Shown here: positions 29,455 to 37,990 of the stretch, in pieces
Position numbering within the stretch: the first letter of the stretch is position 1
How the letters are laid out: each line of letters opens with the position of its first letter
NCBI GenBank assembly: GCA_947625145.1
Contig: CANQNC010000005.1
Span: 2,965 to 66,964 of the forward strand
Origin: an uncultured Clostridia bacterium
GTDB lineage: Bacteria; Bacillota; Clostridia; Christensenellales; CAG-917
Direction of reading: 5' to 3'
Length of the DNA: 64,000 nt
Notes under the pieces: model-generated
Databases searched by the model: none
What the model was told of the DNA's origin: nothing
Seen by the model: the letters and a program-made list of their open reading frames with translations, nothing else
Made by a program: the position numbers and the translations under genes

Positions 29455-30780
29455 CTATTGCTCGTTTGGCGTTACGTCAGACTCCTTTGCCGCGGCCTCT
29501 TCTGCGGGGACCTCTTGCAAAGTCGTCTCTTGCAACTCGGGTTCCTGTTCGGGAGCCTTTTGCGAAGGTATCTCTTCCAATTCGGGTTCCTGTTCCGGGT
29601 CATGCAAGACGTCCTCTTCCGAGCTGTCCGCAGGGAGTTCTCCTTTTCCGCTCTCCAACATGGCTTCAAACTCGTCGGGCTCGTCGTTCAGCACGACCTG
29701 TCCCGCCGCGGGTTTGTCCGAGGACAGAGCCATCTGCGTGAGGAATGCGCGAGAGCTGAACAGCAACACGCCCGCGGCAATTGCAATTGCCATATCCACA
29801 AACGTGAAGCTGTTGTACGCGAGGCTGTAGACGGCGACCGAGCCGTACGTCACGGTGTCCGCCCAACTTGCAAAGGCAAACACGCCCGAGCATACGTGAG
29901 AGGCAAACCTCAAAGACGCGCCCAGCACCGCGCCGAGCACAAAGCCGACCACGGGGTATTTTTTTGCGACTCCCTTTTCCACGAATATCCCGCTGACGCC
30001 GATAAGCCCGAACGCGAGAGGATAGTCAAGCAAAAATTGCATGGGATGGATGATCCACGGGTCCTGCACCGCCTGAAGCGCGCCGTAGATCATGCAGACG
30101 ATCAGTCCGCGCCTTGTGCCGAACATACAGCAATACACCATCAGCGGAAGCAAACTCGCGAAGGTCACGGACCCGCCCTGCGGCATCTTGAAAAATCTGA
30201 TGTAGCTCAGCGCAAAGCTCAAAGCAATTGCGATCGCGCCGTAGACGATGGAGCGCGTGTCGCTGATGTCCCGCTTGTTGCCCAGCGCGTAAAAGCCCGC
30301 GATCACCGCCATGATGACGATCGCGGCGACGATAAGCCCCGTCGTGTTGGCGTCGTAATCCGCCTCCACGGTCTTGAAATACTTTGCCATTTGCACCATG
30401 ATGGCGACAAATCCGCCAAGCGCGCCCGCGCCCGTGACGATCCCCGCGATCTTGAACGCCTTTTTCGAGAAGATACTGCAAACAAGCATGGCGATTATCC
30501 CCGCAAACACCACCGCGATCTCCGAGATGATGGGCACAAACAAAAGGGATCTGCCCTCGCCCATATATTCCGTGTCCAGCCCCTTGACGTAGCCGAGCGC
30601 GACGATGACCACGATGGCATACCCTATCGCGATCCCGCCCGCGTACTTTTTGAAGTCCGCAAACTTCTCCCTCTTCAAAAACCAAACGAGCGCGCCAAGC
30701 AAAATCATTCCGCCGATAAGCGCGATCGTCGTGTAGAGCAACACACTGCCGAGTTTGTCGAACACATCTCCGATCTCCAT
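29455..30780 (-). CDS. thiT: ThiT-like thiamine ECF S-component with an N-terminal extension of several predicted transmembrane helices and an acidic C-terminal tail
   Basis: The start MEIGDVFDK has a GGGAGG Shine-Dalgarno. The central region (SYIRFFKMPQGGSVTFASLLPLMVY...YGALQ...LLDYPLAFG) is ThiT/YuaJ-like, and a TPP riboswitch lies upstream. The last about 75 aa are Glu/Pro-rich. Confidence 0.7.
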   Translation of the reverse strand: MEIGDVFDKLGSVLLYTTIALIGGMILLGALVWFLKREKFADFKKYAGGIAIGYAIVVIVALGYVKGLDTEYMGEGRSLLFVPIISEIAVVFAGIIAMLVCSIFSKKAFKIAGIVTGAGALGGFVAIMVQMAKYFKTVEADYDANTTGLIVAAIVIMAVIAGFYALGNKRDISDTRSIVYGAIAIALSFALSYIRFFKMPQGGSVTFASLLPLMVYCCMFGTRRGLIVCMIYGALQAVQDPWIIHPMQFLLDYPLAFGLIGVSGIFVEKGVAKKYPVVGFVLGAVLGASLRFASHVCSGVFAFASWADTVTYGSVAVYSLAYNSFTFVDMAIAIAAGVLLFSSRAFLTQMALSSDKPAAGQVVLNDEPDEFEAMLESGKGELPADSSEEDVLHDPEQEPELEEIPSQKAPEQEPELQETTLQEVPAEEAAAKESDVTPNEQ

Positions 30781-30850
30781 AAAAAAACCTCCCAAGCGCT
30801 TAGGGGGTTCAAGAGGCGGGACAACGCAATTTGCATGCATACGCAATTTT

Positions 30851-30922
30851 TTGCTTCCTTACGCGAGGATTATCTCACAAGTTGAAGGGTATCATCTCAG
30901 CCTATCGGCACCCCTAGCACGC
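30851..30922 (-). promoter_or_regulatory. TPP (THI-box) riboswitch
   Basis: The minus strand reads CTAGGGGTGCCGATAGGCTGAGATGATACCCTTCAACTTGTGAGATAATCCTCGCGTAAGGAAGC. It carries the conserved GGGGUGC, CUGAGA and ACCC elements and the 3' GCG-AAGGAA, and lies upstream of a ThiT-like gene. Confidence 0.75.
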
Positions 30923-30925
30923 ATT

Positions 30926-30954
30926 ATGATAGCACCTTGACATGCGCAAGTCAA
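30926..30954 (-). promoter_or_regulatory. sigma-70 promoter driving the TPP riboswitch and thiT
   Basis: The minus strand reads TTGACT, a 17-nt spacer, then TATCAT, immediately upstream of the riboswitch. Confidence 0.6.
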
Positions 30955-31105
30955 CATATGAGAGGACTTATTTGCAAAAATGTCGATATGCGCAGGCGTC
31001 GAGCAAAACTCAAGCTGCTAAACCCCGCCGCCCTTGTGCATATCGGTGTTCTCGATTGGTTTTGCGCACATATGCGCAAATATCCCCTCAAATGTTCAAA
31101 GCCGC

Positions 31106-31134
31106 TTGACATCCTCTCCCGCTGAGTATAAAAT
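31106..31134 (+). promoter_or_regulatory. sigma-70 promoter for mscL
   Basis: TTGACA (31106-31111), a 17-nt spacer, then TAAAAT (31129-31134). Confidence 0.55.
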
Positions 31135-31161
31135 TGAGTCAATAAATATAGGAGAAAGATC

Positions 31162-31704
31162 ATGAAAAAGCCAAAATTCAAACTTTTGAAGGAATTTAAG
31201 GACTTCATCAGCCGCGGCAGCGTCCTCGACCTCGCCGTAGGTATGATCATCGGCGCCGCGTTTACGGCGATCATCACGGCAGTTGTGACAAACATTCTGC
31301 AACCGCTCATCAACTGGATCCCCGTCGGCGATACAGGCCTCATCACGGTGTTGCGCCCGGCGGTTATGGACGCTGAAAACAACGTGATCACGGAAGCGCT
31401 TGTCATCAATTGGGGCGCGGTCATAAGCGCGATCATCACCTTCTTGCTTACGGCGATCGTGCTGTTTACCATCGTCAAGGCGATCAACACCGCAAAGAAC
31501 GGCGCAAAGAAACTTAAAGAAGTCGCCCACAAGGAAGCCAAAGAGGCTGTGGCGGAAGAAGCCGCCGCAGAGGAAGCTCCCGCCGAGCCCGTCGCGGAAG
31601 AAGCCGTTGCGGAAGCTCCCGCCGCGCCTTCTGTCAGCGAAACAGAAGCTCTTCTTCGCGAGATCCGCGACCTGCTCAAAGCGCAAGCCGAAAAGGAACA
31701 ATAA
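31162..31704 (+). CDS. mscL: large-conductance mechanosensitive channel with an extended Ala/Glu-rich C-terminus
   Basis: It contains FKDFISRGSVLDLAVGMIIGAAFTAII and two transmembrane helices. The tail is longer than in a typical MscL (180 aa in total). Confidence 0.9.
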   Translation: MKKPKFKLLKEFKDFISRGSVLDLAVGMIIGAAFTAIITAVVTNILQPLINWIPVGDTGLITVLRPAVMDAENNVITEALVINWGAVISAIITFLLTAIVLFTIVKAINTAKNGAKKLKEVAHKEAKEAVAEEAAAEEAPAEPVAEEAVAEAPAAPSVSETEALLREIRDLLKAQAEKEQ

Positions 31705-31727
31705 GCCAAATCCGACAACCACACGCA

Positions 31728-31752
31728 AAAGCGAGCTTCTGCTCGCTTTTTT
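31728..31752 (+). terminator. intrinsic terminator after mscL
   Basis: AAAGCGAGCTTCTGCTCGCTTTTTT. Confidence 0.8.
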
Positions 31753-31921
31753 CATATCCCGCGCTTAGCTCGTAGGACAAACGAATCCCCCCTTTGCGCG
31801 ATTTTTCGGCTTACTCATCATTTTTCTCGCAACCTCGCAACACGTCCCCTTCAATGCCGACAAACGTTTTTACGCATTTACGCACGATTTCCGTTTTTTT
31901 CAACAACGATCATATATCTTC

Positions 31922-31950
31922 TTGAACAAAATCGCGATATGTGTTAGAAT
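31922..31950 (+). promoter_or_regulatory. sigma-70 promoter (extended -10) for the methyltransferase gene
   Basis: TTGAAC, a 17-nt spacer, then TGTTAGAAT. Confidence 0.55.
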
Positions 31951-31979
31951 GAAATATAGTTATTCAATAGAGAAAATCA

Positions 31980-32846
31980 ATGGATTTATCAATGGATTTT
32001 GATCAAACAAAAATTTTGTTGAAGGAGAAACTGGGTTCGCCTTACTTCGAAACAGATCGGTGCATTTTGTTTTGCGGCGACAGTTTGACGTTGCAAAAAA
32101 AAATCGATCGTCCTTTGTTTGACGCCATAATCACAAGCCCTCCCTATAATATAGGAAAAGAGTATGAGGAGATCGTCTCTCTTGACAAATATATCGATTG
32201 GTCGACAGAATGGCTCGCCGATTCCTGCGAATTGCTGAGGGAGCGAGGCTGTTTGTTGCTCAATTTGGGATACACAAACGTTGCGGATATGGGACGTGCG
32301 ATTCCTTTGTCATATCTGTTGTGGGACAAAGTCCCGCTGTTCCTCAATCAGGAAATCGTATGGAATTATTCTGCGGGAGTCGCATGCAGAAAATATTTGA
32401 GTCCAAGGAACGAAAAGATACTGTGGTACGTCAAGGACAAGACTCATTACACTTTCAATTTAGACGAGATCAGGGACCCAAACGTAAAATACCCCAACTC
32501 CAAACGACATGGGAAATCGAGGGTAAATCAATTGGGGAAAAATCCATCCGACGTATGGCAAATCGCCAAAGTGACCACAGGGAAAAATCGCGCTTCAAAA
32601 GAGCGTACGACTCATCCATGCCAATTCCCATTGGAACTTGTGAACAGATTGTTGCGGGGATTTACAAACAAAAACGAAATAGTCTTGGACCCGTTTGTCG
32701 GTTCAGGCACAACAATCGAGGCATGTATAACAAACGATCGCTATTGCGTAGGTTTCGAAATTATGCCGTCGTATTGCGAAATCATCAAAAATCGTATTGA
32801 AAATCTCGTTTTGCAAAAACCTGTAGGCAATAAGGAGGAAGAGTGA
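31980..32846 (+). CDS. beta-class amino DNA methyltransferase (N4-cytosine or N6-adenine)
   Basis: 288 aa. Motif IV (ITSPPYNIG) lies N-terminal to motif I (VLDPFVGSGTT), which is the beta-class order. The gene is AT-rich relative to its flanks. Confidence 0.85.
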   Translation: MDLSMDFDQTKILLKEKLGSPYFETDRCILFCGDSLTLQKKIDRPLFDAIITSPPYNIGKEYEEIVSLDKYIDWSTEWLADSCELLRERGCLLLNLGYTNVADMGRAIPLSYLLWDKVPLFLNQEIVWNYSAGVACRKYLSPRNEKILWYVKDKTHYTFNLDEIRDPNVKYPNSKRHGKSRVNQLGKNPSDVWQIAKVTTGKNRASKERTTHPCQFPLELVNRLLRGFTNKNEIVLDPFVGSGTTIEACITNDRYCVGFEIMPSYCEIIKNRIENLVLQKPVGNKEEE

Positions 32847-32900
32847 ATTGACCCTTATAAAAACGCTCCAATAGAAAATTGGCTCGATATCACGCAAAAA

Positions 32901-33410
32901 TTGGTTTCCGCCCATCCGTTGTCCCATATCATCGTCGATATCTGCTTGAAATCATGGGAAAGTATTATGCACGGCAAAATCAACACATATTTGAATATGC
33001 ATATATGCGATATGAGTTTGTCGCCGCAAGCGCTCGGAAGTTTGTTGCATGACGTGATACCCGAATATATCGAAAAAAACACAAAGGGTTTCCGAAAAGG
33101 CGAAGGCAAAGAAAAGGATGTCGTATGCGAATACAACGACGACTTTTCATTTGAGATCAAAACCTCCTCGCAGAAGTCCGTTTACGGAAATCGCAGTTAT
33201 GCAAAATCCGAAACGGGAAAATCAAAATCGGGCTATTATTTAACCGTAAATTTTGAAAAATCGACCGCAAAGGACCCTCGTATCTTGCTTGTTCAGATGG
33301 GTTGGCTTGACCATTCGGATTGGATAGCTCAAAAAAGCGATACGGGACAACAAGCCTCGCTGTCAAAAGATGCAAAAAAGTATAAATTGCTGACTCTTTA
33401 TAAAGCATAA
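32901..33410 (+). CDS. candidate type II restriction endonuclease (PD-(D/E)XK-like); start uncertain
   Basis: 169 aa from a TTG start. It begins 55 nt after the methyltransferase gene on the same strand and has the same AT-rich composition. KDVVCEYNDDFSFEIKTS fits a D...E-x-K nuclease motif. I recognise no family. An ATG at 32967 is an alternative start. Confidence 0.5.
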   Translation: MVSAHPLSHIIVDICLKSWESIMHGKINTYLNMHICDMSLSPQALGSLLHDVIPEYIEKNTKGFRKGEGKEKDVVCEYNDDFSFEIKTSSQKSVYGNRSYAKSETGKSKSGYYLTVNFEKSTAKDPRILLVQMGWLDHSDWIAQKSDTGQQASLSKDAKKYKLLTLYKA

Positions 33411-33472
33411 ATTCACATCTGTTTTGTTGTTTTCCCAATCAAATCAAAGCGCCCGTTTCCTGTTTCAAAGCA

Positions 33473-33493
33473 CGGAAACGAGTTTCCGTTTTT
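33473..33493 (+). terminator. intrinsic terminator after the R-M module
   Basis: CGGAAACGAGTTTCCGTTTTT. Confidence 0.65.
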
Positions 33494-33785
33494 CCCTGCA
33501 CGATTTTGCGCCGAATTGCTTTTTATCCGAGTTTTCATTGCTACATGACAAAGAGCGCGTCATACACAGAACATGGGCTTAATTTCTTTATCCCGCAAAG
33601 CATGAGCGTACATTGCTATATTCCTAAGGGAGCGCACGCGCTACGGCAATATTCGCGCGATATATTATAGTTGATATATCACTGTAATTTTTCAACACAA
33701 TGAAGTTTCACGCTGTTGACAAAAGCCGCGAAATATGGCATAGTAAAACGGTATAGGGCATTTGCCCTTACGACGAGAGAGATTT

Positions 33786-34916
33786 ATGACATCTGTTTTG
33801 AGTTTGATGGAAGCAAGCGGAATTGCGGGTTGCATAATCCTGCTTGCGGTTGGCATTGTGCTTGTTGTCAAGGGCGGCGACTGGTTTGTGGACGCGGCAA
33901 GTTGGATCGCGGAAGTCAGCGGCATTCCGACGTTCATCATCGGCGCCACGATAGTCAGCCTTGCGACCACCCTTCCCGAGATCCTTGTTTCAAGCATAGC
34001 CGCCTCGCAGGGCAGCGCGGGGCTTGCGATAGGCAACGCGGTGGGCTCGGTCAACTGCAACATTGCGCTTATCATGGCGATATCCCTGATCTTCATTCCC
34101 GCGGCGTTCAAGCGCAAGGACTATGTGTTCAAAATGGCGCTGTTGCTTGCGGGCATAAGCGTCCTTTGGGCGGTCAGCGCGTCGGGAAGCGAGGTCGTTT
34201 GGTGGGAAGGCTTGATAGTGCTCCTCGTGTTTTTGGCGTTTATGGTGGAAAACATTTTGAGCGCAAAACGCCACACAAAACAGCTCGAACTGTCCTTGGA
34301 AGGCTCGGATCTTCAGCCCAAACCCGTCGAACTCGGCAACGGCGTCCTGCGCTATGTCGAGGAAAATAGGCAGTCCAAACGGCTTACGATCAAGCGCTCG
34401 GGCATGGTGATAGAAAAAAAGGACATCGGCAAAAACATTTTCATGTTCATCTTCGGCGCGGCGTGCATCGTGATAGGCGCACAGCTGATGTGCGACAACG
34501 GCTCGAGGCTTGCGGAACTTGCAAAAGTGCCCGAGGACATCATCGGCGTCACCATCCTTGCGGTGGGGACATCTCTGCCCGAGCTTGTCACGACCATCAC
34601 GTCCATCGTCAAAAAGAAGGCGGACCTGTCCATCGGCAACATAATCGGCGCAAACGTGATAGACATATCCCTCATCCTTCCCCTCTGCTCCTTCATCGCG
34701 GCGGGCAAGGCGGGAGAAACGCTTGCGATATCCGCTCAATCCTCTGTGATAGACTTCCCTTTCTGCCTCGCGGTTGCGGCGGTGGCATTCGTCCCCGCGC
34801 TGATCATGGGGCGGTTCAAAAAGTGGCAGGGAGTGTTGCTGCTTGCGGGATACGCGGTCTATATGCTGTTGCTTGTGCTCAACACAAGCGGGGTCATAAG
34901 CATATTTGCCGTCTAG
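33786..34916 (+). CDS. Ca2+/Na+ antiporter (CaCA/YrbG family)
   Basis: It starts MTSVLSLMEASG. Two alpha-repeat regions are present (GATIVSLATTLPEILVS..GNAVGSV and GVTILAVGTSLPELVTT..GNIIGAN). Confidence 0.85.
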   Translation: MTSVLSLMEASGIAGCIILLAVGIVLVVKGGDWFVDAASWIAEVSGIPTFIIGATIVSLATTLPEILVSSIAASQGSAGLAIGNAVGSVNCNIALIMAISLIFIPAAFKRKDYVFKMALLLAGISVLWAVSASGSEVVWWEGLIVLLVFLAFMVENILSAKRHTKQLELSLEGSDLQPKPVELGNGVLRYVEENRQSKRLTIKRSGMVIEKKDIGKNIFMFIFGAACIVIGAQLMCDNGSRLAELAKVPEDIIGVTILAVGTSLPELVTTITSIVKKKADLSIGNIIGANVIDISLILPLCSFIAAGKAGETLAISAQSSVIDFPFCLAVAAVAFVPALIMGRFKKWQGVLLLAGYAVYMLLLVLNTSGVISIFAV

Positions 34917-34998
34917 ACAAAACTCGGCAAATTTTGCTTGTTGCTTAAAACATATCGACATGGTATAATTTGTATATATCCATTTTCGGAGGAAAACT

Positions 34999-35508
34999 AT
35001 GGAATTGCTGATAAAACAAAAATACATCGCGGTCGGCAACAAATTCGGCATCACCGACATGGCGGGCGTTCCCGTCTACTATGCGGCGGAAAGGCTGATG
35101 ACAATGCGGACTCAGATAGATCTTTTCGACTCCACGGGCACTTTGCTCGTCCGCCATATGGAGGCGAGATTGGCGCATGCGTTCAGTTGGTTTGAGGTGA
35201 CGACGGGCGCAAACGAATACGTTTGCTCAATCGACGAGAGGATGCATTGGCCGTGGCACCGCAAGGCGTACGTGCTTCAAGGCAAGCAGAAGATCTTCAA
35301 GGTCAAGGCGGGTCCCTACACCCTCAAAATGTTCAAACTTGACGAAAAGGGCAAATACGACAAAAAAGCCCCCGTGCTTGTCGTAAGCAAAAAGATCGCG
35401 CATGTCGCGGACACATATCATGTCGCCATAGACGAAAGCAAGCTGGATCCTCAACTCGGCGCGCTCATCGCGCTGTGGTACGACAGAGTGAAGCATCGCA
35501 ACCACTGA
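34999..35508 (+). CDS. LURP-one-related / YxjI-like (tubby C-terminal-like) protein
   Basis: 169 aa. The pattern MELLIKQKYIAVGNKFGITDMAG...YAAE fits bacterial LURP-one-related/DUF567 proteins. The assignment is from memory. Confidence 0.55.
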   Translation: MELLIKQKYIAVGNKFGITDMAGVPVYYAAERLMTMRTQIDLFDSTGTLLVRHMEARLAHAFSWFEVTTGANEYVCSIDERMHWPWHRKAYVLQGKQKIFKVKAGPYTLKMFKLDEKGKYDKKAPVLVVSKKIAHVADTYHVAIDESKLDPQLGALIALWYDRVKHRNH

Positions 35509-35583
35509 TCTCAAATCATATTGCGATCACATATTCCAAATCATGTTGAAATCACGGATTTCAAGTCATTCCACTTCAAAAAA

Positions 35584-35606
35584 ACGTCGCGTACAGCGGC
35601 GTTTTT
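35584..35606 (+). terminator. intrinsic terminator after the LURP-like gene
   Basis: ACGTCGCGTACAGCGGCGTTTTT, a stem with one G-U pair, an A-run upstream and a T-run downstream. Confidence 0.6.
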
Positions 35607-35845
35607 CATAATATCTGCAACGTTTTCTGTCCGACAAGCAATTTAAGTTCCGACAAAATTTGTTCAAGCCGACAAACGACGTTTCCATTCGTCAAGCGGC
35701 ATTTTATGCCTGTCATACGATTTTCGTTACGCTAAACTGCGTTTTCTAACCTGTCAAGCCGACCAATGGTTTCTGTCGGATATACGACGTTTCAAATCGT
35801 CAAACGGCTTTATACAACAACCGGCTTACGCCTCACAAAAGTCGT

Positions 35846-36664
35846 TCAAGCCTTTTCAAAGCCCTTTGCAAGCTCCCCTATCCTCTTCCCCGTCAGCGGA
35901 TGCATCTTGTTTGGGTTAAGTTCGGCAAGCGGGAGCAGAACGAAATCCCTGTTCAGCATGTCCGCGTGCGGAATGGCAAGTTCGGGGCTGTCCACCACCA
36001 GATCGTCGAAGAAAAGGATGTCTATGTCAAGCGTTCTGTCCCCCCAACGTTCCTCCCGCACTCTTCCGCCCTTGCGCTCTATCTCGTGCAGGACGTCCAA
36101 AAGCTCGTATGGCTCGTACAGCGTGTCCGCCTCCACCGCGGAGTTGACAAACTGTCCCTTTGCCACTCCTCCGTACGGCGCGCTTGCCATGCGCGAGCTT
36201 TCTTTGACCTTTCCGAAGCCCTCGTCCATTTTAAGTTCGTTTACGGCGAGGTCAAGATACGCGTTCCTGTCCCCCTCGTTGGAGCCGAGAGAGAGGTACA
36301 CCCTGTGCCAACGCCTCGTCGAAGTCACGCTTACAAAGTCGAACTTCCCGCTCATTGGCGCGTCGGGTTTTTTGACGGTCACGGTCACGGAGCGCGCAAG
36401 CCCGAAAGTGCGGAGGATCAGCATGGCAAGCCTGTCCGCAAGCGTTTCGATGAGATCGAAGCAGTTGTCCTTGACAAATTTGTCCGCCAACTTCTTGACC
36501 GCGGAATAGCTGACGGTCTTGTCGAGGTCGTCCTCTCTTGCCGCCGCCGCAATGTCGACTTCCATATCCACGCTTACGACAAACCGCTGAGGGACGCGTT
36601 TTTCTTCCTCGTTTACGCCGTGGCAAGCCAAAATTTCAAAATCTTTCAAACTGACGATACCCAT
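35846..36664 (-). CDS. folB-folK: bifunctional dihydroneopterin aldolase / 6-hydroxymethyl-dihydropterin pyrophosphokinase
   Basis: 272 aa. The N-terminal half is FolB-like (ILACHGVNEEEK). The C-terminal half is HPPK-like (YLSLGSN...RWGDRTLDIDIL). Confidence 0.85.
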   Translation of the reverse strand: MGIVSLKDFEILACHGVNEEEKRVPQRFVVSVDMEVDIAAAAREDDLDKTVSYSAVKKLADKFVKDNCFDLIETLADRLAMLILRTFGLARSVTVTVKKPDAPMSGKFDFVSVTSTRRWHRVYLSLGSNEGDRNAYLDLAVNELKMDEGFGKVKESSRMASAPYGGVAKGQFVNSAVEADTLYEPYELLDVLHEIERKGGRVREERWGDRTLDIDILFFDDLVVDSPELAIPHADMLNRDFVLLPLAELNPNKMHPLTGKRIGELAKGFEKA

Positions 36665-36667
36665 AAT

Positions 36668-37456
36668 TCACCTTGACTCGGTTTCGCGTATTGCCGCGAG
36701 ATTTTCCGCGACGTCGTGCACCCTGACAAATCGCACTCCGAGCCTTGTCGCGTGCCTTGTCGCGGCGAGAGTCGCCTCCAACCTGTCCTCGACGTCCCCG
36801 CCGAACAGGGATTTTCGGGACGCGCCCAGCAAAATGGCGTTGTCGTAGCGCTCGCACAGCGCGCCGTAGCCCGCAAGCAGAGCGATATCTTCCTCTTTTG
36901 ACAGGTTGAATCCTATCCCGCCGTCCAGCATGACGCGCTCGTCCTCCACGCCTGCGACGCGGAGCTTTTCGAGCGCGCGATCCAGCCCGTCGAATTTGTC
37001 CTCAAACAGGTCGGGGACGGCGCTTCCCCGCCTTGTGTGCATGACGCAGACGGACCTTCCCGCGTCCGCAACGACAGTCGCCATATCCTCGTCTGAAAGC
37101 ATGCTGACGTCGTTTGCCATGTCCGCGCCCAGCTTGAAGCACTCTTTTGCCACTTTGGCGTAGAACGTATCCACCGAGATCACCGCGTCCGTCGCGGCGC
37201 GCACAGCCTCAACAGCGGGAAGTATGCGCCGAAGTTCCTCGTCCGCGGACAGCAAGGTCGCGCTCGGCCGAGTGGATTGCGCCCCGAGGTCCAAGATCTC
37301 CGCCCCCTCGAGCACGGCGCGCTTCGCCATTTGCACGACGTCAGCTTGCGTTGCGCGGCTTGAAGGATAAAAGCTGTCCGGGGTCAGATTGAGGATTGCC
37401 ATGACGTGCGTGCCGTCCGCAAAAGTCTTTCCGCCCGCAAAAAAGCTGCCCTTCAT
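36668..37456 (-). CDS. folP: dihydropteroate synthase
   Basis: The start [29 protein letters not shown] overlaps the folE stop (ATGA). The ORF-track start at 37762 lies inside folE. Confidence 0.9.
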   Translation of the reverse strand: MKGSFFAGGKTFADGTHVMAILNLTPDSFYPSSRATQADVVQMAKRAVLEGAEILDLGAQSTRPSATLLSADEELRRILPAVEAVRAATDAVISVDTFYAKVAKECFKLGADMANDVSMLSDEDMATVVADAGRSVCVMHTRRGSAVPDLFEDKFDGLDRALEKLRVAGVEDERVMLDGGIGFNLSKEEDIALLAGYGALCERYDNAILLGASRKSLFGGDVEDRLEATLAATRHATRLGVRFVRVHDVAENLAAIRETESR

Positions 37457-37989
37457 AATTTGCTTATCAAAGAAAGAGGAAATTCCCCTCTCGTCGCGGT
37501 GGTCACGGTTTTGCTTCCCACCTTTTTGACGCCTCTTACCGTCATGCAAGTGTGTTCCGCCTCGCAGACAACAAACACGCCCTTTGCGCCCAGTTCGTCG
37601 TACACCGCGTCGGCGATCTGATTTGTCAGCCGCTCTTGCAGTTGGAGCCGCCTTGCAAAGATATCCACCACCCTTGCAAGTTTGCTCAGTCCCACGACCT
37701 TGCCGCTTGGAATGTAGGCGATATGCACCTTTCCGAAAAAAGGCATGAGATGATGCTCGCACGTGGAGGCAAAGGATATGTCCTTTTCGTACACGACGCC
37801 CTGTCCCCTTCCCGCGTCGAAGCGACGGGAAAGAGGCTCGGCGGGGTCTTGCCCATAGCCCGCGACGAGTTCCTCGTACATTTTGGCGACTCTTTCGGGG
37901 GTTTCGAGAAGCCCTTCGCGATTTGGGTCCTCTCCTATCCCCTCCAAGATGAGTTCCACGCCTCTTTTCAATTTTTCCTTGTCCACCAT
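37453..37989 (-). CDS. folE: GTP cyclohydrolase I
   Basis: 178 aa with CEHHLMPF and C-terminal motifs of FolE type I. Confidence 0.9.
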   Translation of the reverse strand: MVDKEKLKRGVELILEGIGEDPNREGLLETPERVAKMYEELVAGYGQDPAEPLSRRFDAGRGQGVVYEKDISFASTCEHHLMPFFGKVHIAYIPSGKVVGLSKLARVVDIFARRLQLQERLTNQIADAVYDELGAKGVFVVCEAEHTCMTVRGVKKVGSKTVTTATRGEFPLSLISKL

Positions 37990-37990
37990 A

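Noticed and set aside
29458-30885. A 475-aa plus-strand ORF antisense to the ThiT-like gene.
   Set aside because: The product is Arg/His-rich and nonsensical. The minus-strand frame gives a coherent polytopic membrane protein with a ThiT-like core, a Shine-Dalgarno sequence and a TPP riboswitch.
30951-31755. Minus-strand ORFs of 257 and 219 aa antisense to mscL.
   Set aside because: Their products are Ser/Ala/Arg low-complexity sequence, and the plus-strand frame is a clear MscL with its own promoter and terminator.
31760-33500. Mobile-element genes (integrase, transposase, recombinase) flanking the AT-rich R-M module; also checked for the islets at 49010-50850 and 55380-55980.
   Set aside because: No ORF with integrase or transposase motifs and no terminal inverted repeats were found by eye. 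The islets are reported only as compositional anomalies.
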